DNA of 64,000 bases from an uncultured Bordetella sp. (GCA_964614015.1 CAZTKA010000001.1:1249-65248); one strand, 5' to 3'; numbered from the stretch's first letter, positions 1-10,272 are shown. Translations and numbers: made by a program. Notes: generated from the sequence alone by a model not told the origin.

Positions 1-1320
1 CGGAATCGGCGTCGTACGGATGCTGTTGAAGGTGCCATTGAAATTGTTGATCAGGCCCGGGCCGGTGGGAGCGGGGATGAAGTTCTGGAACTTCACGGCC
101 GAGGGGTCGAAGGCCGTCGTGGGGATCTGATTGCCGGGAAACGGAATGCGCGCCCGCCTTCCCCCGGCCAGTTGATCCGTAGCCGGGTCGAAAATCATTC
201 CCTCAAACATGCGGTTGCCCAGCCCGTCCACGACCGGGTTGGTCACTGTCGCGCTGCACGGCGCGTTCGCGGTGCTGCCCGGGGTGGCTGTGCAGAAACC
301 GCGGCCCGTCAAAACCTGTGCAAAGTTGCCCTGGCGGTAATCCGCGATCGGCACGGTGCGCGTCTGGTCCGAAATCCGCGCGCTCTCCTTGAAAACCTCG
401 ATATTAAAGAAGAAGAAGGTGCGGTCCCTGCCGGTGTAGACCTTCGGAATCGTCACCGGACCGCCGATGCTGCCGCCGAAATCGTTACGCCGCGCACGGT
501 TGCGAATCTTGCTGAAGCTCTGATGCGCGTTCAGAGCTTCGTTGACGAAGTAATCGTAAACCGACCCATGAAAGGAGTTCGTGCCCGATTTGGTGGTGTA
601 CTGGAACAGGCCGGAGCCGGCCTGGCCAAACTCGGCCTGGTAGTTCGATGACTGCACGGCGATTTCTTCCAAGGCCTCGACGCTGGGCTGCACCTGCTGT
701 TGGGAAGCCGAAGTGTTCACTCCATTGGTGATATCCTGGCCGTCGAGCTTAATACCATACGTGTTCGCCGGAGAACCGTTCACGCGTGTCGCCTGCGCCG
801 GGTTGAAAAAAACGCCGGGCGTCAGGATCGAAGATGCCAGAGGGTTGCGCACGCCGGCCGGGCTCGCCGAGTTCACGCCAATCCCCAAAATGGGCAGCGA
901 GTTCAGCCGCGCTGTCGTGACATTGGTCGCCAGCGCGGCGCTCTCGGTTCGCAGCAAAGAAGCCTGATCCGTTACGGTGATGGATTCCGCCGCTGTGCCG
1001 ACTTCCAGGGTAATATCGACACGAATCGTCTGCGCCGTCTGCACCCCCAGATTCTGGCGTACGTAGCTCTTGAAGCCCGCGACGTTCACTGCGAGCTGAT
1101 AGGTTCCAGCGGCGAGCTGCGTAAACGTGAAGTTGCCGGTGCTGCTGGATTGCGTCTGTACCAGCGTGCCGGTCTGCATGTTGGTCAACTCCAGAGGCGC
1201 GTTGGCCAGCAGGGCACCCGCCGGATCGGCGATCGTCCCCGTGATGGCGCCGGTGGCGGTCTGTGCGAAGGAAACCGCCGCACACAGAAGCAATGCGCAA
1301 GACAATGCAAGGTAGCGCAT
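1..1320 (-). CDS. TonB-dependent-receptor-like outer membrane protein, N-terminal part (carboxypeptidase-regulatory-like domain + plug); continues beyond window start
   Basis: Absent from the ORF track because it is open to the window edge. Manual reverse translation from ATG (1318-1320): MRYLALSCALLLCAAVSFAQTATGAITGTIADPAGALLANAPLELTNMQTG... This is a signal peptide followed by a CarboxypepD_reg-style start. Further in: ...YTTKSGTNSFHGSVYDYFVNEALNA..., typical of this receptor class. The frame stays open to position 1. Confidence 0.75.
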   Translation of the reverse strand, partial: MRYLALSCALLLCAAVSFAQTATGAITGTIADPAGALLANAPLELTNMQTGTLVQTQSSSTGNFTFTQLAAGTYQLAVNVAGFKSYVRQNLGVQTAQTIRVDITLEVGTAAESITVTDQASLLRTESAALATNVTTARLNSLPILGIGVNSASPAGVRNPLASSILTPGVFFNPAQATRVNGSPANTYGIKLDGQDITNGVNTSASQQQVQPSVEALEEIAVQSSNYQAEFGQAGSGLFQYTTKSGTNSFHGSVYDYFVNEALNAHQSFSKIRNRARRNDFGGSIGGPVTIPKVYTGRDRTFFFFNIEVFKESARISDQTRTVPIADYRQGNFAQVLTGRGFCTATPGSTANAPCSATVTNPVVDGLGNRMFEGMIFDPATDQLAGGRRARIPFPGNQIPTTAFDPSAVKFQNFIPAPTGPGLINNFNGTFNSIRTTPIP

Positions 1321-1428
1321 AGAACCCCCCTTCAACTGATCCGAGGAAAGCGTCTATGGCATCGTATTGAATCCCCGGCTGGAATGTCAACCACGGGCTC
1401 GAATCCGCCGGAGCAGGCCGCAGGTGCT

Positions 1429-2502
1429 TCAGGCAGTCCGCGCCGCGGCGGCGAGGACGATCTCGCTAGCCGGCGGGCGCGGGGCGGCGGGAAGGCCCAG
1501 CTTCTGACGCAACGCTGCGTCGATCCGCTGGCGCAAGTCGGCGTTTTCCGTGAGCATCGTGCGGACGTTTTCGCGCCCGTGCCCGAGCCGCTCGCCCGCG
1601 AAGCTGAACCAGGCCCCCGATTTCTCCAGGATGCCGTGTTCGGCGCCTGAGTCGACCAGGTCGCCTTCACGCGAGATGCCGTCGCCGTAGAGAATGTCCA
1701 CTTCGGCTTCGCGGAACGGCGCCGCGACTTTGTTCTTGACCACCTTGATCTTGGTACGGCTGCCGATGGCCTGCTCGCCCTCCTTGATCGCGGACATGCG
1801 CCGCACTTCGACGCGCACCGAGGAGTAGAACTTGAGCGCCCGGCCTCCGGTCGTGGTTTCGGGATTTCCGAAGACCACGCCGATTTTCTCGCGCACCTGG
1901 TTGATGAAGATCAGGCACGTGTTGGCCTTGGCCACGGCTCCCGTCAACTTGCGCAGGGCCTGCGACATCAGCCGGGCGTGCAGGCCCATGAAGCTGTCGC
2001 CCATTTCGCCCTCGAGCTCCGCCTTGGGCACCAGCGCCGCCACCGAATCGACCACCACCACGTCGATGCCGCCCGAGGAGACCAGCGCGCCGGTGATCTC
2101 GAGCGCCTGCTCGCCGAAATCGGGTTGCGAGACCAGCAGGTTGTCGGTATCCACGCCGAGCCGGCGCGCATACGTGGCATCGAGCGCGTGCTCGGCGTCG
2201 ACGAACGCCGCCGCTCCGCCTGCGGCCTGCGCCTGAGCGATCACGTGCAGGGCGAGCGTCGTCTTGCCCGAGGATTCGGGTCCGAAGATTTCAACCACGC
2301 GTCCGCGCGGGAATCCGCCGACTCCCAAGGCGGCGTCAATCGAGATGCTGCCGCTCGGGATCACAGTGACCGGCAGAACGTTCCGCGAGCCCAGCCGCTG
2401 CACGGCGCCCCGGCCAAATTGTTTCTCGAGTTGTCCCAGCGTTTGCAGGATGAGACGGTCCTTTTCGGCGCGATCGATGCGTGGGATTTCATTGGTTTGC
2501 AC
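1429..2502 (-). CDS. recA: Recombinase RecA
   Basis: ORF 1429..2619 trimmed to GTG at 2502, with GAGG 6 nt upstream. Walker [13 protein letters not shown]. RecA-typical [32 protein letters not shown]. Confidence 0.97.
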   Translation of the reverse strand: MQTNEIPRIDRAEKDRLILQTLGQLEKQFGRGAVQRLGSRNVLPVTVIPSGSISIDAALGVGGFPRGRVVEIFGPESSGKTTLALHVIAQAQAAGGAAAFVDAEHALDATYARRLGVDTDNLLVSQPDFGEQALEITGALVSSGGIDVVVVDSVAALVPKAELEGEMGDSFMGLHARLMSQALRKLTGAVAKANTCLIFINQVREKIGVVFGNPETTTGGRALKFYSSVRVEVRRMSAIKEGEQAIGSRTKIKVVKNKVAAPFREAEVDILYGDGISREGDLVDSGAEHGILEKSGAWFSFAGERLGHGRENVRTMLTENADLRQRIDAALRQKLGLPAAPRPPASEIVLAAAARTA

Positions 2503-2544
2503 GGTGAACCTCGGTAATTGGTGCGAACGGGGGCGGAAATCTCT

Positions 2545-2556
2545 CAATCGCGATTG
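2545..2556. promoter_or_regulatory. Perfect 12-nt palindrome CAATCGCGATTG about 45 nt upstream of the recA start; candidate operator
   Basis: Read directly from the sequence in the 252-nt recA-htrA spacer. No known consensus matched. Confidence 0.2.
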
Positions 2557-2754
2557 GCGGTTTACGATGAACAGGATGTTTCCCGCGGGACGCTTCCAGC
2601 GCCGTGGGCACTGGATCAACGCGAACAGCCAGGGTGACTACACCGATGCTTATGCGATCCGCGATGCGCCGGAGAGCGGGTCAGCGCACCCGGTGCACCG
2701 GATTTTTCTGAAGCCGGACGGCTCAACGCTGTACGAGGAGCATACGGTGCACCG

Positions 2755-4224
2755 TCAGCGCGGGCTGACGGTTACATAGAAGCCGTTGCCTTCGCGCTGG
2801 ACGTAGAGCAGCAACGGTCCGGTCGCGCCGCGGACCATCCGCTGGAACTGCGCCACGTCGTCGACCGTCTGCCGGTTCACTTCCTGAATCACGTCGCCGA
2901 CGCGCAGGCCGGCCTCTTCTGCCGCGCTGCCCGGAGTGACGCTGGTGATCACCAGCCCGCTCACCCGCGCGTTCAGTCCGAACTGGCGCCGGTTTTGCGG
3001 GTTGACGGGCTCCACGGTCACGCCCAGTTGCAGGCCGTCGCCGGAAGGTCCGCCGCGCCGCGAAATCCGGGCGTTGCCGGGCCGTTCGCCCAACGTCACG
3101 GAGATCGTCCGCTCCGTCCCTTCGCGGAAAACCTTGAGCTGCGCCGTGCTGCCAGGAGCAAGCGCCGCCACGCGAGTTCGCAGGCTGTTGCTGTCATTCA
3201 CCTCGGTCCCGTTCAGCTCCGTAATGATATCGCCGCGCCGCAAACCGGCTTTCTCGGCCGGGCTGCCCTCGTTCACGTCGCCCACTAAGGCTCCGCGGGG
3301 AGAGCCGGGCAAGTTGAACTGCTTTGCGATGTCCGCGGTCACCGGCTGGATGCTCACGCCCAGCCATCCGCGCGTCACCTTGCCGGTGCGGATGATCTGG
3401 TCCTTAACGCTGGCAACCATCTTGGCCGGAATCGCGAATCCCACGCCCTGATTGCCCCGCGCGCCGCCCGTCAGGATCGCCGCGTTGATGCCGATCACCT
3501 CCCCGCGCATGTTGACCAGCGCGCCGCCGGAGTTGCCGGGGTTGATGGCCGCATCCGTCTGGATGAAATCCTCATATTGCTCGATGTCCAGGCCGTTGCG
3601 GCCGACGGCGCCAACGATGCCCATGGTCACCGTCTGACCCACTCCAAAGGGATTGCCGATGGCCAGCACGATGTCGCCCACCTTGACGCTGTCTGAGTCA
3701 CCGAACTCGACAAAGGGCAGGTTTGAGGCGCTCACCTTGAGCACGGCGACATCGGAGGGGGCGTCCTTACCCACCACCTTGGCGGTAAACTCCCGCTTGT
3801 CTTGCAGCGTGACCTTTACCTCGTCCGCTTCATCAATCACATGGTTGTTGGTGACGATGTATCCGTCGGCCGAGATGATCACGCCCGAACCCAGGCCCTG
3901 CCGGATGCGGGGTACGCGGTCCTCGAACTGGCGGAAGAAATCCTCAAACGGACTGTCGGGCAGGTTGAAAAAAGGCTGCCTGGTGGACGAGCCGGTACGC
4001 ACAGTCTGTGTGGAATACACGGTGACGACCGCCGGTGTCACCTTCTGCACCACCGCGCCGAATCCGCTTTCGAACGACACCGGCGGGTTGGCCTGCGCCG
4101 AGACGGGGATCGGCGCGTAACTGAATGGAAAACTTTGGGTTCTCGCCGTGATCCAGGCGCCCAGGACCGTCCCTACGGCCAGTATGGCGGCGCCGGCAAT
4201 CAGGATTCGTTTGTTGAATTGCAT
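2755..4224 (-). CDS. HtrA/DegP-family periplasmic serine endoprotease with two PDZ domains
   Basis: N-terminal TM/signal segment. Trypsin-like triad contexts [14 protein letters not shown] and GNSGGALVN. Two PDZ-like segments follow ([10 protein letters not shown]..., LGVTVEPV...). Confidence 0.93.
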   Translation of the reverse strand: MQFNKRILIAGAAILAVGTVLGAWITARTQSFPFSYAPIPVSAQANPPVSFESGFGAVVQKVTPAVVTVYSTQTVRTGSSTRQPFFNLPDSPFEDFFRQFEDRVPRIRQGLGSGVIISADGYIVTNNHVIDEADEVKVTLQDKREFTAKVVGKDAPSDVAVLKVSASNLPFVEFGDSDSVKVGDIVLAIGNPFGVGQTVTMGIVGAVGRNGLDIEQYEDFIQTDAAINPGNSGGALVNMRGEVIGINAAILTGGARGNQGVGFAIPAKMVASVKDQIIRTGKVTRGWLGVSIQPVTADIAKQFNLPGSPRGALVGDVNEGSPAEKAGLRRGDIITELNGTEVNDSNSLRTRVAALAPGSTAQLKVFREGTERTISVTLGERPGNARISRRGGPSGDGLQLGVTVEPVNPQNRRQFGLNARVSGLVITSVTPGSAAEEAGLRVGDVIQEVNRQTVDDVAQFQRMVRGATGPLLLYVQREGNGFYVTVSPR

Positions 4225-4316
4225 GGAAGAACTCCTCGCTGGAACAACTCTACGGTAAATTGGACGTGCCGGCAGGCAAAAGGTATCAGAGCCGCCGCTA
4301 CAATGGAATTGATCCC

Positions 4317-4802
4317 ATGGGAGTCTTCTACACGCGCCGGGAACTGGTGGCCGCCCGCGCCGAATGGAAACGCGCAGGAAAGACCGTCGTGTTCACCAAC
4401 GGCTGCTATGACATCCTGCACCCCGGCCATGTCCGCCTGCTCGACCGGTCGCGATCGCTCGGAGACGTGCTGATTCTGGCGCTTAACACGGATGCTAGCG
4501 TAGCCCGCCTGAAGGGACCGTCGCGCCCGCTGATTCCCGAGCAGGAGCGGGCTCGGATGGCGGCGGCGCTCGAAGCCGTGGACGCGGTGACGTTTTTCGA
4601 TGAAGATACGCCCCGGGAACTGATCGCGGAAGTATTGCCCGACATCCTGATCAAAGGCGCAGACTGGGCGCACTTCATCGCGGGCCGGGAAGAAGTGGAG
4701 GCTGCGGGCGGCAAGGTGATGGCCCTGTCGCTCGAGCCCGGATTCTCGACCACCAACATCGAAAAAGAGCTACTGGCGCGCGCCGCAGCGCCCGCATTGT
4801 GA
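4317..4802 (+). CDS. rfaE2: D-glycero-beta-D-manno-heptose-1-phosphate adenylyltransferase (RfaE domain II-like cytidylyltransferase)
   Basis: FTNGCYDILHPGHVRLL (HxGH nucleotidyltransferase motif) and ...LNTDASVARLKGPSRPL.... ORF 4260..4802 trimmed to ATG 4317; start uncertain. Confidence 0.85.
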   Translation: MGVFYTRRELVAARAEWKRAGKTVVFTNGCYDILHPGHVRLLDRSRSLGDVLILALNTDASVARLKGPSRPLIPEQERARMAAALEAVDAVTFFDEDTPRELIAEVLPDILIKGADWAHFIAGREEVEAAGGKVMALSLEPGFSTTNIEKELLARAAAPAL

Positions 4803-7800
4803 CGCACCCCGCAGTCCGCGACCTGTTCCAGACCATCGCACGCCACGGCGTGTTTCAGGACCTCGTTTCGCATCTGCTGCGCCAGGAGGCGGGCCCGTTC
4901 GCGCTCGCCGGCTTGACGCCCGCGGCCAAGGCGCTCTATTCGGTGCTGCTGTGGCAGGTCTGCGGAAAGCCGCTGGTGATTCTCACCGACGGCAGCCAGC
5001 GAGCCGAGAACCTGCTCGAACTGACCGGAACGTTCTTTCACCTGTTGATCGGACATTCCGATGCGGGACGCCCGTGCCTGCTGCCCGCCTTCGATGTGCT
5101 GCCGGGCCAGCCACTCTCTCCCCACACGGAGATCAGCGAACAGCGGGGGATCGGGCTGTGGCGGATGGCGAAGGGGTTGGCGCCCATCACCATTGCTCCC
5201 CTGGCCGCGGCGCTCGTGCGCACACACGACGCTGAGTATTACCGCCGTCTGGCGCTGCTGCTCCGCACCGGCGAAGAAGCGCCCCTGGACGCCATCGAGA
5301 GCCACTTGCAGTCGATCGGCTATGCACGCCGCGATCCGGTCGAAATGGTGGGCGAGTATTCGATCCGCGGCGGAATCCTCGATGTTTTCAGCGCGGAAAG
5401 CGGGCTGCCGGTGCGCGTCGAATTTTTCGGCGATGAGATCGAGTCCATCCGCCGCTTCGATGTGGAGACGCAACGCAGCGTGGCAAAGGTTTCTGAGGCT
5501 GAAGTGCTGCCTCTGCTCGAACAGCCACGCCACGGGAATCCGCCGCCCGGCTGGGAGTTCGCCAGCGCCCTGCATGAGCCGCGCCGCCATTCGCTGCTTG
5601 ATTTGGCCGAAGGCGCGATTGTGATCCTGGATGAGCCCGAAGATATCCGCGCCGCCTCCGAGCGCCTGTGGAAGCGGCTCCGCCAGCAGGAAGCCGGGCA
5701 TCCCGGTGCCGGGGATCTGGCCGCAGCAAACTTTTTCGAATGGACCGAATTCCTCAGCCGCCTGGGCCACAGCCGCAAGGGCGCGGTCACGGTGAGCCTG
5801 CACGAGTTGCAGCTCGGCGCGGACGTGGCCCACATCGGCACGCGGCCTTCGCTTTCCTTCCAGGGCAACATGAACGTGGCCGTGGCGGAAGCGAAAACAC
5901 TGGTCGAGCAGGGCCACCGCGTGGCGTTCTTTGCGCCCTCCAACGGTGAGTTGGAGCGCCTGGCGGACATCCTGCGAGAGTACTCTGTTGCGTTCTCGCT
6001 CGGCCTGGCGCCGAACGAAGCCGCGTCGCCGTATCTGGCCGAGCGCGCCTATCTGGCAGGCCCCGTCGCAAGCACGTATTTGATCAAAGGTCTGGTGCGG
6101 CGCGGCACGGTGTTCCCGGAGTCCGGCATCGCCTTTATCGGCTCCGAGGACTTGTTCGGCGTCTCGGAACTGGTTCCGCAGGCCGCGCCCGGCAAGAGCG
6201 CCGCCGCGGCGTTCACGGCCGATCTCGCCGATCTCAAGCCCGGCGATTACGTCGTCCACCAGCAGCACGGCGTCGGCAGATTCGTGGCCATTCGTGAAAT
6301 CGTCCAGGGCGATCAGAAGGGCGACTTTATGCAGCTGGAATACGCGAACGACGCCAAGCTGTACGTCCCGCTGACGCGCATGGATCTAGTGGAGAACTAC
6401 CGCGGCGCCGGAGACGGAACGCCGCACCTGGACAAGCTGGGTGGCGCCACCTGGACGGCGCGCAAGGCCCGGGTCAAGGCGAAGATGCGCGACATGGCCG
6501 GCGAACTGCTGAAGCTCTACGCCGAGCGCCGCATGATGGAAGGCTTCGCGTTCTCGCCGGATTCCAACTGGCAGCGCGAATTCGAGGATGCCTTCGAGTT
6601 CACCGAAACCAGGGATCAGCTCTCGGCCGTGAGGGAAATCAAGCGCGACCTGGAATCGCCGCAGCCGATGGACCGCCTGCTGTGCGGCGACGTCGGATTC
6701 GGCAAGACCGAGGTCGCCATGCGCGCCGCGTTCAAGGCTCTGGGCGACGGCAAACAAGTGGCTGTGCTTGCGCCGACCACGGTCCTGGCGTTCCAGCATT
6801 TCGAGACGTTCAAGCGGCGCTTCGCCGCGTTCCCCGTGCGGCTCGAGATGTTCTCGCGCCTGCGGCCGGCGAAGGAAATCAAGGCTTCGCTCGAAGCGCT
6901 GGCCAACGGACAAGTCGATATCGCCATCGGCACGCACCGCCTGCTCTCCAAGGACGTGCACTTCGCCGACCTGGGCGTTCTGATCATCGATGAAGAACAG
7001 CGCTTCGGCGTGACCCACAAGGAGCGGCTAAAGCACATGCGCAAAAACGTTCACGTACTCACCATGAGCGCCACGCCGATACCCCGCACGCTGCACATGT
7101 CGCTGCTCGGCCTGCGTGACATGAGCGTCATTGAAACGCCGCCCAAGGATCGCCTCGCGATCCATACCGTGGTGGCGCATTTCAACCCGGAGCTGATCCG
7201 CACGGCCATCGAAGAGGAGTTGAGCCGCGGCGGCCAGGTGTACTTCGTTCATAACCGAGTCGATTCCATCTTCAGCCGCGCGGCCTGGATCCAGGAACTG
7301 GTGCCGCATTGCCGCATCGGGGTGGGCCACGGGCAGATGAGCGAACGGGAGCTGGAAAACGTCCTGCTCGGCTTCATGCGCCATGAGTACGATGTGTTCG
7401 TCTGCACCACCATTGTCGAAAACGGCCTCGACATTCCGCTGGCGAACACGATGATCATCGAACATGCCGAACGCTACGGCCTCTCGGAGCTGTACCAGTT
7501 GCGCGGCCGCGTGGGCCGGTCCAACCGCCGCGCCTACGCCTATCTGCTGGTGCCTGCCGATACGGAACTCAGCGAAACCGCCCGCAAACGCCTCGCCGCG
7601 CTGCGCGAGTTTTCGGACTTGGGCGCGGGCTTCAAAATCGCCGCGCTGGATCTGGAGCTGCGCGGGGCGGGCAACATCCTGGGCGGCGAACAGCACGGCC
7701 ACATCGCTTCGGTCGGATTCGACACGTATCTGAGGCTGCTCGACGAAACGGTCCGCGAACTGAAGGGCGAGCAAACCGCGCCCGAGGTGCACTCCTCACT

Positions 7801-8224
7801 GAACCTGGGCCTGGATATCCGCATCCCGCCGCAGTATATCGCAGATGAACAGCAGCGGCTGCGGGCCTACAAGAAAATTGCTGATGTGCGGGATGACCAG
7901 CAGGCCGAGCGCACACGGGCGGAGCTGGCCGACCGCTACGGCCCCCTGCCGGAAGCTGTCGAAACGTTACTCCAGTTCGCGCAACTGAAAAGCGCCGCGC
8001 AGCAGTTGGGCGTCGAATCGGTGGACCGGCGGAGCGCCTGGCTGAACGTCAAGTTTCATCCCGGCTCAAAAGTGGATCCACAGCGTTTGATGACCCTGGT
8101 CCGCACCCGGCAGGGGGCGCAATTCACTCCCGCGGGTGTGCTCCGCGTTCCGCTGCCCGCTACCGCAGACGGACCCGCCCACGTCCTCGGGCAGTTGAAG
8201 GATGTTTTGTCCGCGTTGGGTTGA
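4799..8224 (+). CDS. mfd: Transcription-repair coupling factor Mfd
   Basis: 1141 aa. Helicase motifs GDVGFGKTEVA, IIDEEQRFGV and MSATPIPRTL; overall Mfd architecture. The GTG start overlaps the rfaE2 stop (GTGA). Confidence 0.97.
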   Translation: MTHPAVRDLFQTIARHGVFQDLVSHLLRQEAGPFALAGLTPAAKALYSVLLWQVCGKPLVILTDGSQRAENLLELTGTFFHLLIGHSDAGRPCLLPAFDVLPGQPLSPHTEISEQRGIGLWRMAKGLAPITIAPLAAALVRTHDAEYYRRLALLLRTGEEAPLDAIESHLQSIGYARRDPVEMVGEYSIRGGILDVFSAESGLPVRVEFFGDEIESIRRFDVETQRSVAKVSEAEVLPLLEQPRHGNPPPGWEFASALHEPRRHSLLDLAEGAIVILDEPEDIRAASERLWKRLRQQEAGHPGAGDLAAANFFEWTEFLSRLGHSRKGAVTVSLHELQLGADVAHIGTRPSLSFQGNMNVAVAEAKTLVEQGHRVAFFAPSNGELERLADILREYSVAFSLGLAPNEAASPYLAERAYLAGPVASTYLIKGLVRRGTVFPESGIAFIGSEDLFGVSELVPQAAPGKSAAAAFTADLADLKPGDYVVHQQHGVGRFVAIREIVQGDQKGDFMQLEYANDAKLYVPLTRMDLVENYRGAGDGTPHLDKLGGATWTARKARVKAKMRDMAGELLKLYAERRMMEGFAFSPDSNWQREFEDAFEFTETRDQLSAVREIKRDLESPQPMDRLLCGDVGFGKTEVAMRAAFKALGDGKQVAVLAPTTVLAFQHFETFKRRFAAFPVRLEMFSRLRPAKEIKASLEALANGQVDIAIGTHRLLSKDVHFADLGVLIIDEEQRFGVTHKERLKHMRKNVHVLTMSATPIPRTLHMSLLGLRDMSVIETPPKDRLAIHTVVAHFNPELIRTAIEEELSRGGQVYFVHNRVDSIFSRAAWIQELVPHCRIGVGHGQMSERELENVLLGFMRHEYDVFVCTTIVENGLDIPLANTMIIEHAERYGLSELYQLRGRVGRSNRRAYAYLLVPADTELSETARKRLAALREFSDLGAGFKIAALDLELRGAGNILGGEQHGHIASVGFDTYLRLLDETVRELKGEQTAPEVHSSLNLGLDIRIPPQYIADEQQRLRAYKKIADVRDDQQAERTRAELADRYGPLPEAVETLLQFAQLKSAAQQLGVESVDRRSAWLNVKFHPGSKVDPQRLMTLVRTRQGAQFTPAGVLRVPLPATADGPAHVLGQLKDVLSALG

Positions 8225-8486
8225 ATCTTACGTGCGAGGCGCGTCGCCATCCACTGGCGCATGCGCCGGTCCATCTCCTCGAGCCGGGCTGCCACGCGTT
8301 CGAACCTGCGGCAAGTTTCGGTGGCCAGTTCGGCGACAATCTTTTGCAGCCACCCCTGGCCTTCCGCCAGCACCTGGACGGTCCTCTCTAGAGGGTCCAG
8401 GCGTTCTTCGTCCCTCCTCATGGCCGTACTTGTCGCAGACGGTCAATGAGGCTGATCAGAGGGTAAGCGTTCTTTGTTGAACTCGC

Positions 8487-8951
8487 CTAAAACTTCAACC
8501 GGCCCTTCACCAGGTCCAGCTTCTTGGCGTCCACGCCCGCGACCTTGGTCAGGTCAGCGTACGCCTTGAAGTTGCCGTCGGCTCGGGCCTTCACGATCGC
8601 TTCCGCCTCGCTGGCCGTAAGGCCGAGCTCGGTCTCCAGATCCTTCGCCGTGGCCGTGTTCACGTTCACCGGCATGCCGAAGTAGCGGGCCAGATAATCC
8701 ACCACGACCTTGAAATCTTCTTCGCTTCCGGCGGCTCCGCGGTTGCGCATGGCATCCACGGTCTCTTCCCAGCGGGCGCGCGTCCCCTGTGCGCCGATCA
8801 CAATGTCGGCGCCATGGCAGCTGCCGCAGACATTTTCATAAATAGCGCGGCCTTCGCCGTCCGGAAGCCCCTGCGCTTGACTGAGAGGTGTCAGCGCAAA
8901 TCCGATCAAGCAGGTGAAAAGGAGAGAAAAAATCAGTTTCATCATGTCCAT
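8487..8951 (-). CDS. Secreted mono-heme c-type cytochrome fused to a ComEA-like helix-hairpin-helix domain
   Basis: ORF 8487..9098 trimmed to ATG 8951 (MDMMKLIFSLLFTCLIGFALTPLSQAQG signal peptide). Heme site CGSCH. C-terminal VNVNTATAKDLETELGLTASEAEAIVKARADGNFKAYADLTKVAGVDAKKL matches the ComEA/HHH_3 pattern. Confidence 0.75.
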   Translation of the reverse strand: MDMMKLIFSLLFTCLIGFALTPLSQAQGLPDGEGRAIYENVCGSCHGADIVIGAQGTRARWEETVDAMRNRGAAGSEEDFKVVVDYLARYFGMPVNVNTATAKDLETELGLTASEAEAIVKARADGNFKAYADLTKVAGVDAKKLDLVKGRLKF

Positions 8952-9073
8952 GATACCTGTTGCAGGGATGCTTTCGCACGAGTCGCCGTTTCCCCAAAAA
9001 CTCCGGAACCTGGACGCATCCAGGACCGTCCGACTTGAACGGGTAGCCGGGGAGTGGAGGCTATAATCGGAGT

Positions 9074-10222
9074 ATGCCGTTCCGGACAATCCTGTCACAT
9101 GCCAGTGCAGCCGCTCTGTTGGCGGCCCCGTTGTCGGTGGCGCAGGCGCCCAGGATCGAAGTGATGGAAGAAATCGTCGCCAAGGTGAACGGCGACATTA
9201 TCACCAACCGGGACTTGGCCGCGGATTTGCCCGCCATCGAGGAGGAGATCCGCAGGCGGGGGCTCAGCGGCGCTGAAGCCGAGGAAGTGCGCGCGGCCAT
9301 CTTACGCAGCCGCATCGACGAAATCCTGCTGCGGCAAAAAGGCAGGGACCTGGACATCAAGATCGAGCAGGAAGTGAACCGCGAAATCGCCAACGTGATG
9401 CGTAGCGTCAATGTCGCGGACCCGGATGCTTTCCAGAAGCTCGTCATCGAGCAGACGGGCAAGCCGTATGAAGAGTACCGCTCGCAGCTTCAGGACAGCA
9501 TCCTCGTCAACACCGTGATCCGCGAAGAGATTATGCGGAGAATTCAGATCCCCTCCGCGGAAGTGCGCGCCTACTACGACGAGCACAAGAACGAATTCAA
9601 CCGCCAGGAGCGGGTCTTCCTGCGCCAGATTGTGGTTTCAACGAGGGATAAGAAGCCCGAGGAACTGCCGGCGCTGGAAGCCAAGGCGAAAGATCTCACC
9701 AACCGCGCCCGGCGCGGCGAGCCCTTCGCGACCATGGCGCAGAACAATTCCGACGCCCTCAACAAGGATCAGGGCGGCTACCTGGATCCCTTCACGCGGG
9801 AAACGCTGAGTGAGCAACTGGTGCCCTTGGTGTGGGACAAGGAAGCCGGCTACGTGACCGACCCCATCCGCACAGCTGACGGCTGGATGATCCTGAAAGT
9901 CGAAGCGCATCACCGGGAAGGCCTCGCCGAATTCGAGGAAGTGGAAGCTGAGATTCAGAATCGTCTTTTCAGCCAGCGCACCGAACCCGCTTTGCGCGCC
10001 TACCTGACCAAGCTGCGGCAGGAAGCCTTCCTGCAGATCAAGGACGGTTACATCGACACTGGAGCCGCTCCCGGCAAGGACACAAGCTGGCGCGATCCCG
10101 CGCAACTTCGTCCGGAAACCATCACGCGCGCCGAAGTGATCGCCAATCCGAGCATGAAGCGACTGCTCGGCCTGTTCCCGATTCCCGGAACCGAGAAGAC
10201 GGGCGCGTCCTCGTCACGCTAA
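9074..10222 (+). CDS. SurA-like periplasmic chaperone / PpiC-type peptidyl-prolyl isomerase
   Basis: Signal peptide. SurA_N-like IVAKVNGDIITNRDL. Parvulin-like block ...GGYLDPFTRETLSEQLVPLVWDKEAGYVTDPIRTADGWMILKV. Confidence 0.85.
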   Translation: MPFRTILSHASAAALLAAPLSVAQAPRIEVMEEIVAKVNGDIITNRDLAADLPAIEEEIRRRGLSGAEAEEVRAAILRSRIDEILLRQKGRDLDIKIEQEVNREIANVMRSVNVADPDAFQKLVIEQTGKPYEEYRSQLQDSILVNTVIREEIMRRIQIPSAEVRAYYDEHKNEFNRQERVFLRQIVVSTRDKKPEELPALEAKAKDLTNRARRGEPFATMAQNNSDALNKDQGGYLDPFTRETLSEQLVPLVWDKEAGYVTDPIRTADGWMILKVEAHHREGLAEFEEVEAEIQNRLFSQRTEPALRAYLTKLRQEAFLQIKDGYIDTGAAPGKDTSWRDPAQLRPETITRAEVIANPSMKRLLGLFPIPGTEKTGASSSR

Positions 10223-10272
10223 CGTACGCATGACTCACACATCCAGTGGGGCCGGATTCACATCGGGGCGGG

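Noticed and set aside
1321-1428. tRNA-like TPsiC motifs (GGCTCGAATCC here; GGTTCGAGTGC at about 34095)
   Set aside because: No acceptor, D or anticodon stems can be built around them, so they are chance matches.
700-1650. 316-aa plus-strand ORF and the overlapping 749..1390 minus-strand ORF
   Set aside because: Both overlap the edge-truncated TonB-receptor-like gene in the third minus-strand frame. That gene gives a clean signal peptide and family-typical motifs. These two translate to Arg/Gly-rich sequence.
2569-2582. Cheo-box-like GAACAGGATGTTTC upstream of recA
   Set aside because: The half-sites are GAAC-N4-TGTT or GAAC-N5-GTTT, not GAAC-N4-GTTC. The match is too weak to call an SOS box.
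4406-6268. 620-aa ORF on the minus strand
   Set aside because: It lies entirely antisense to mfd, which has unmistakable helicase and Mfd motifs. The translation is Arg/Ala/Gly-rich low-complexity sequence typical of antisense frames in high-GC DNA.
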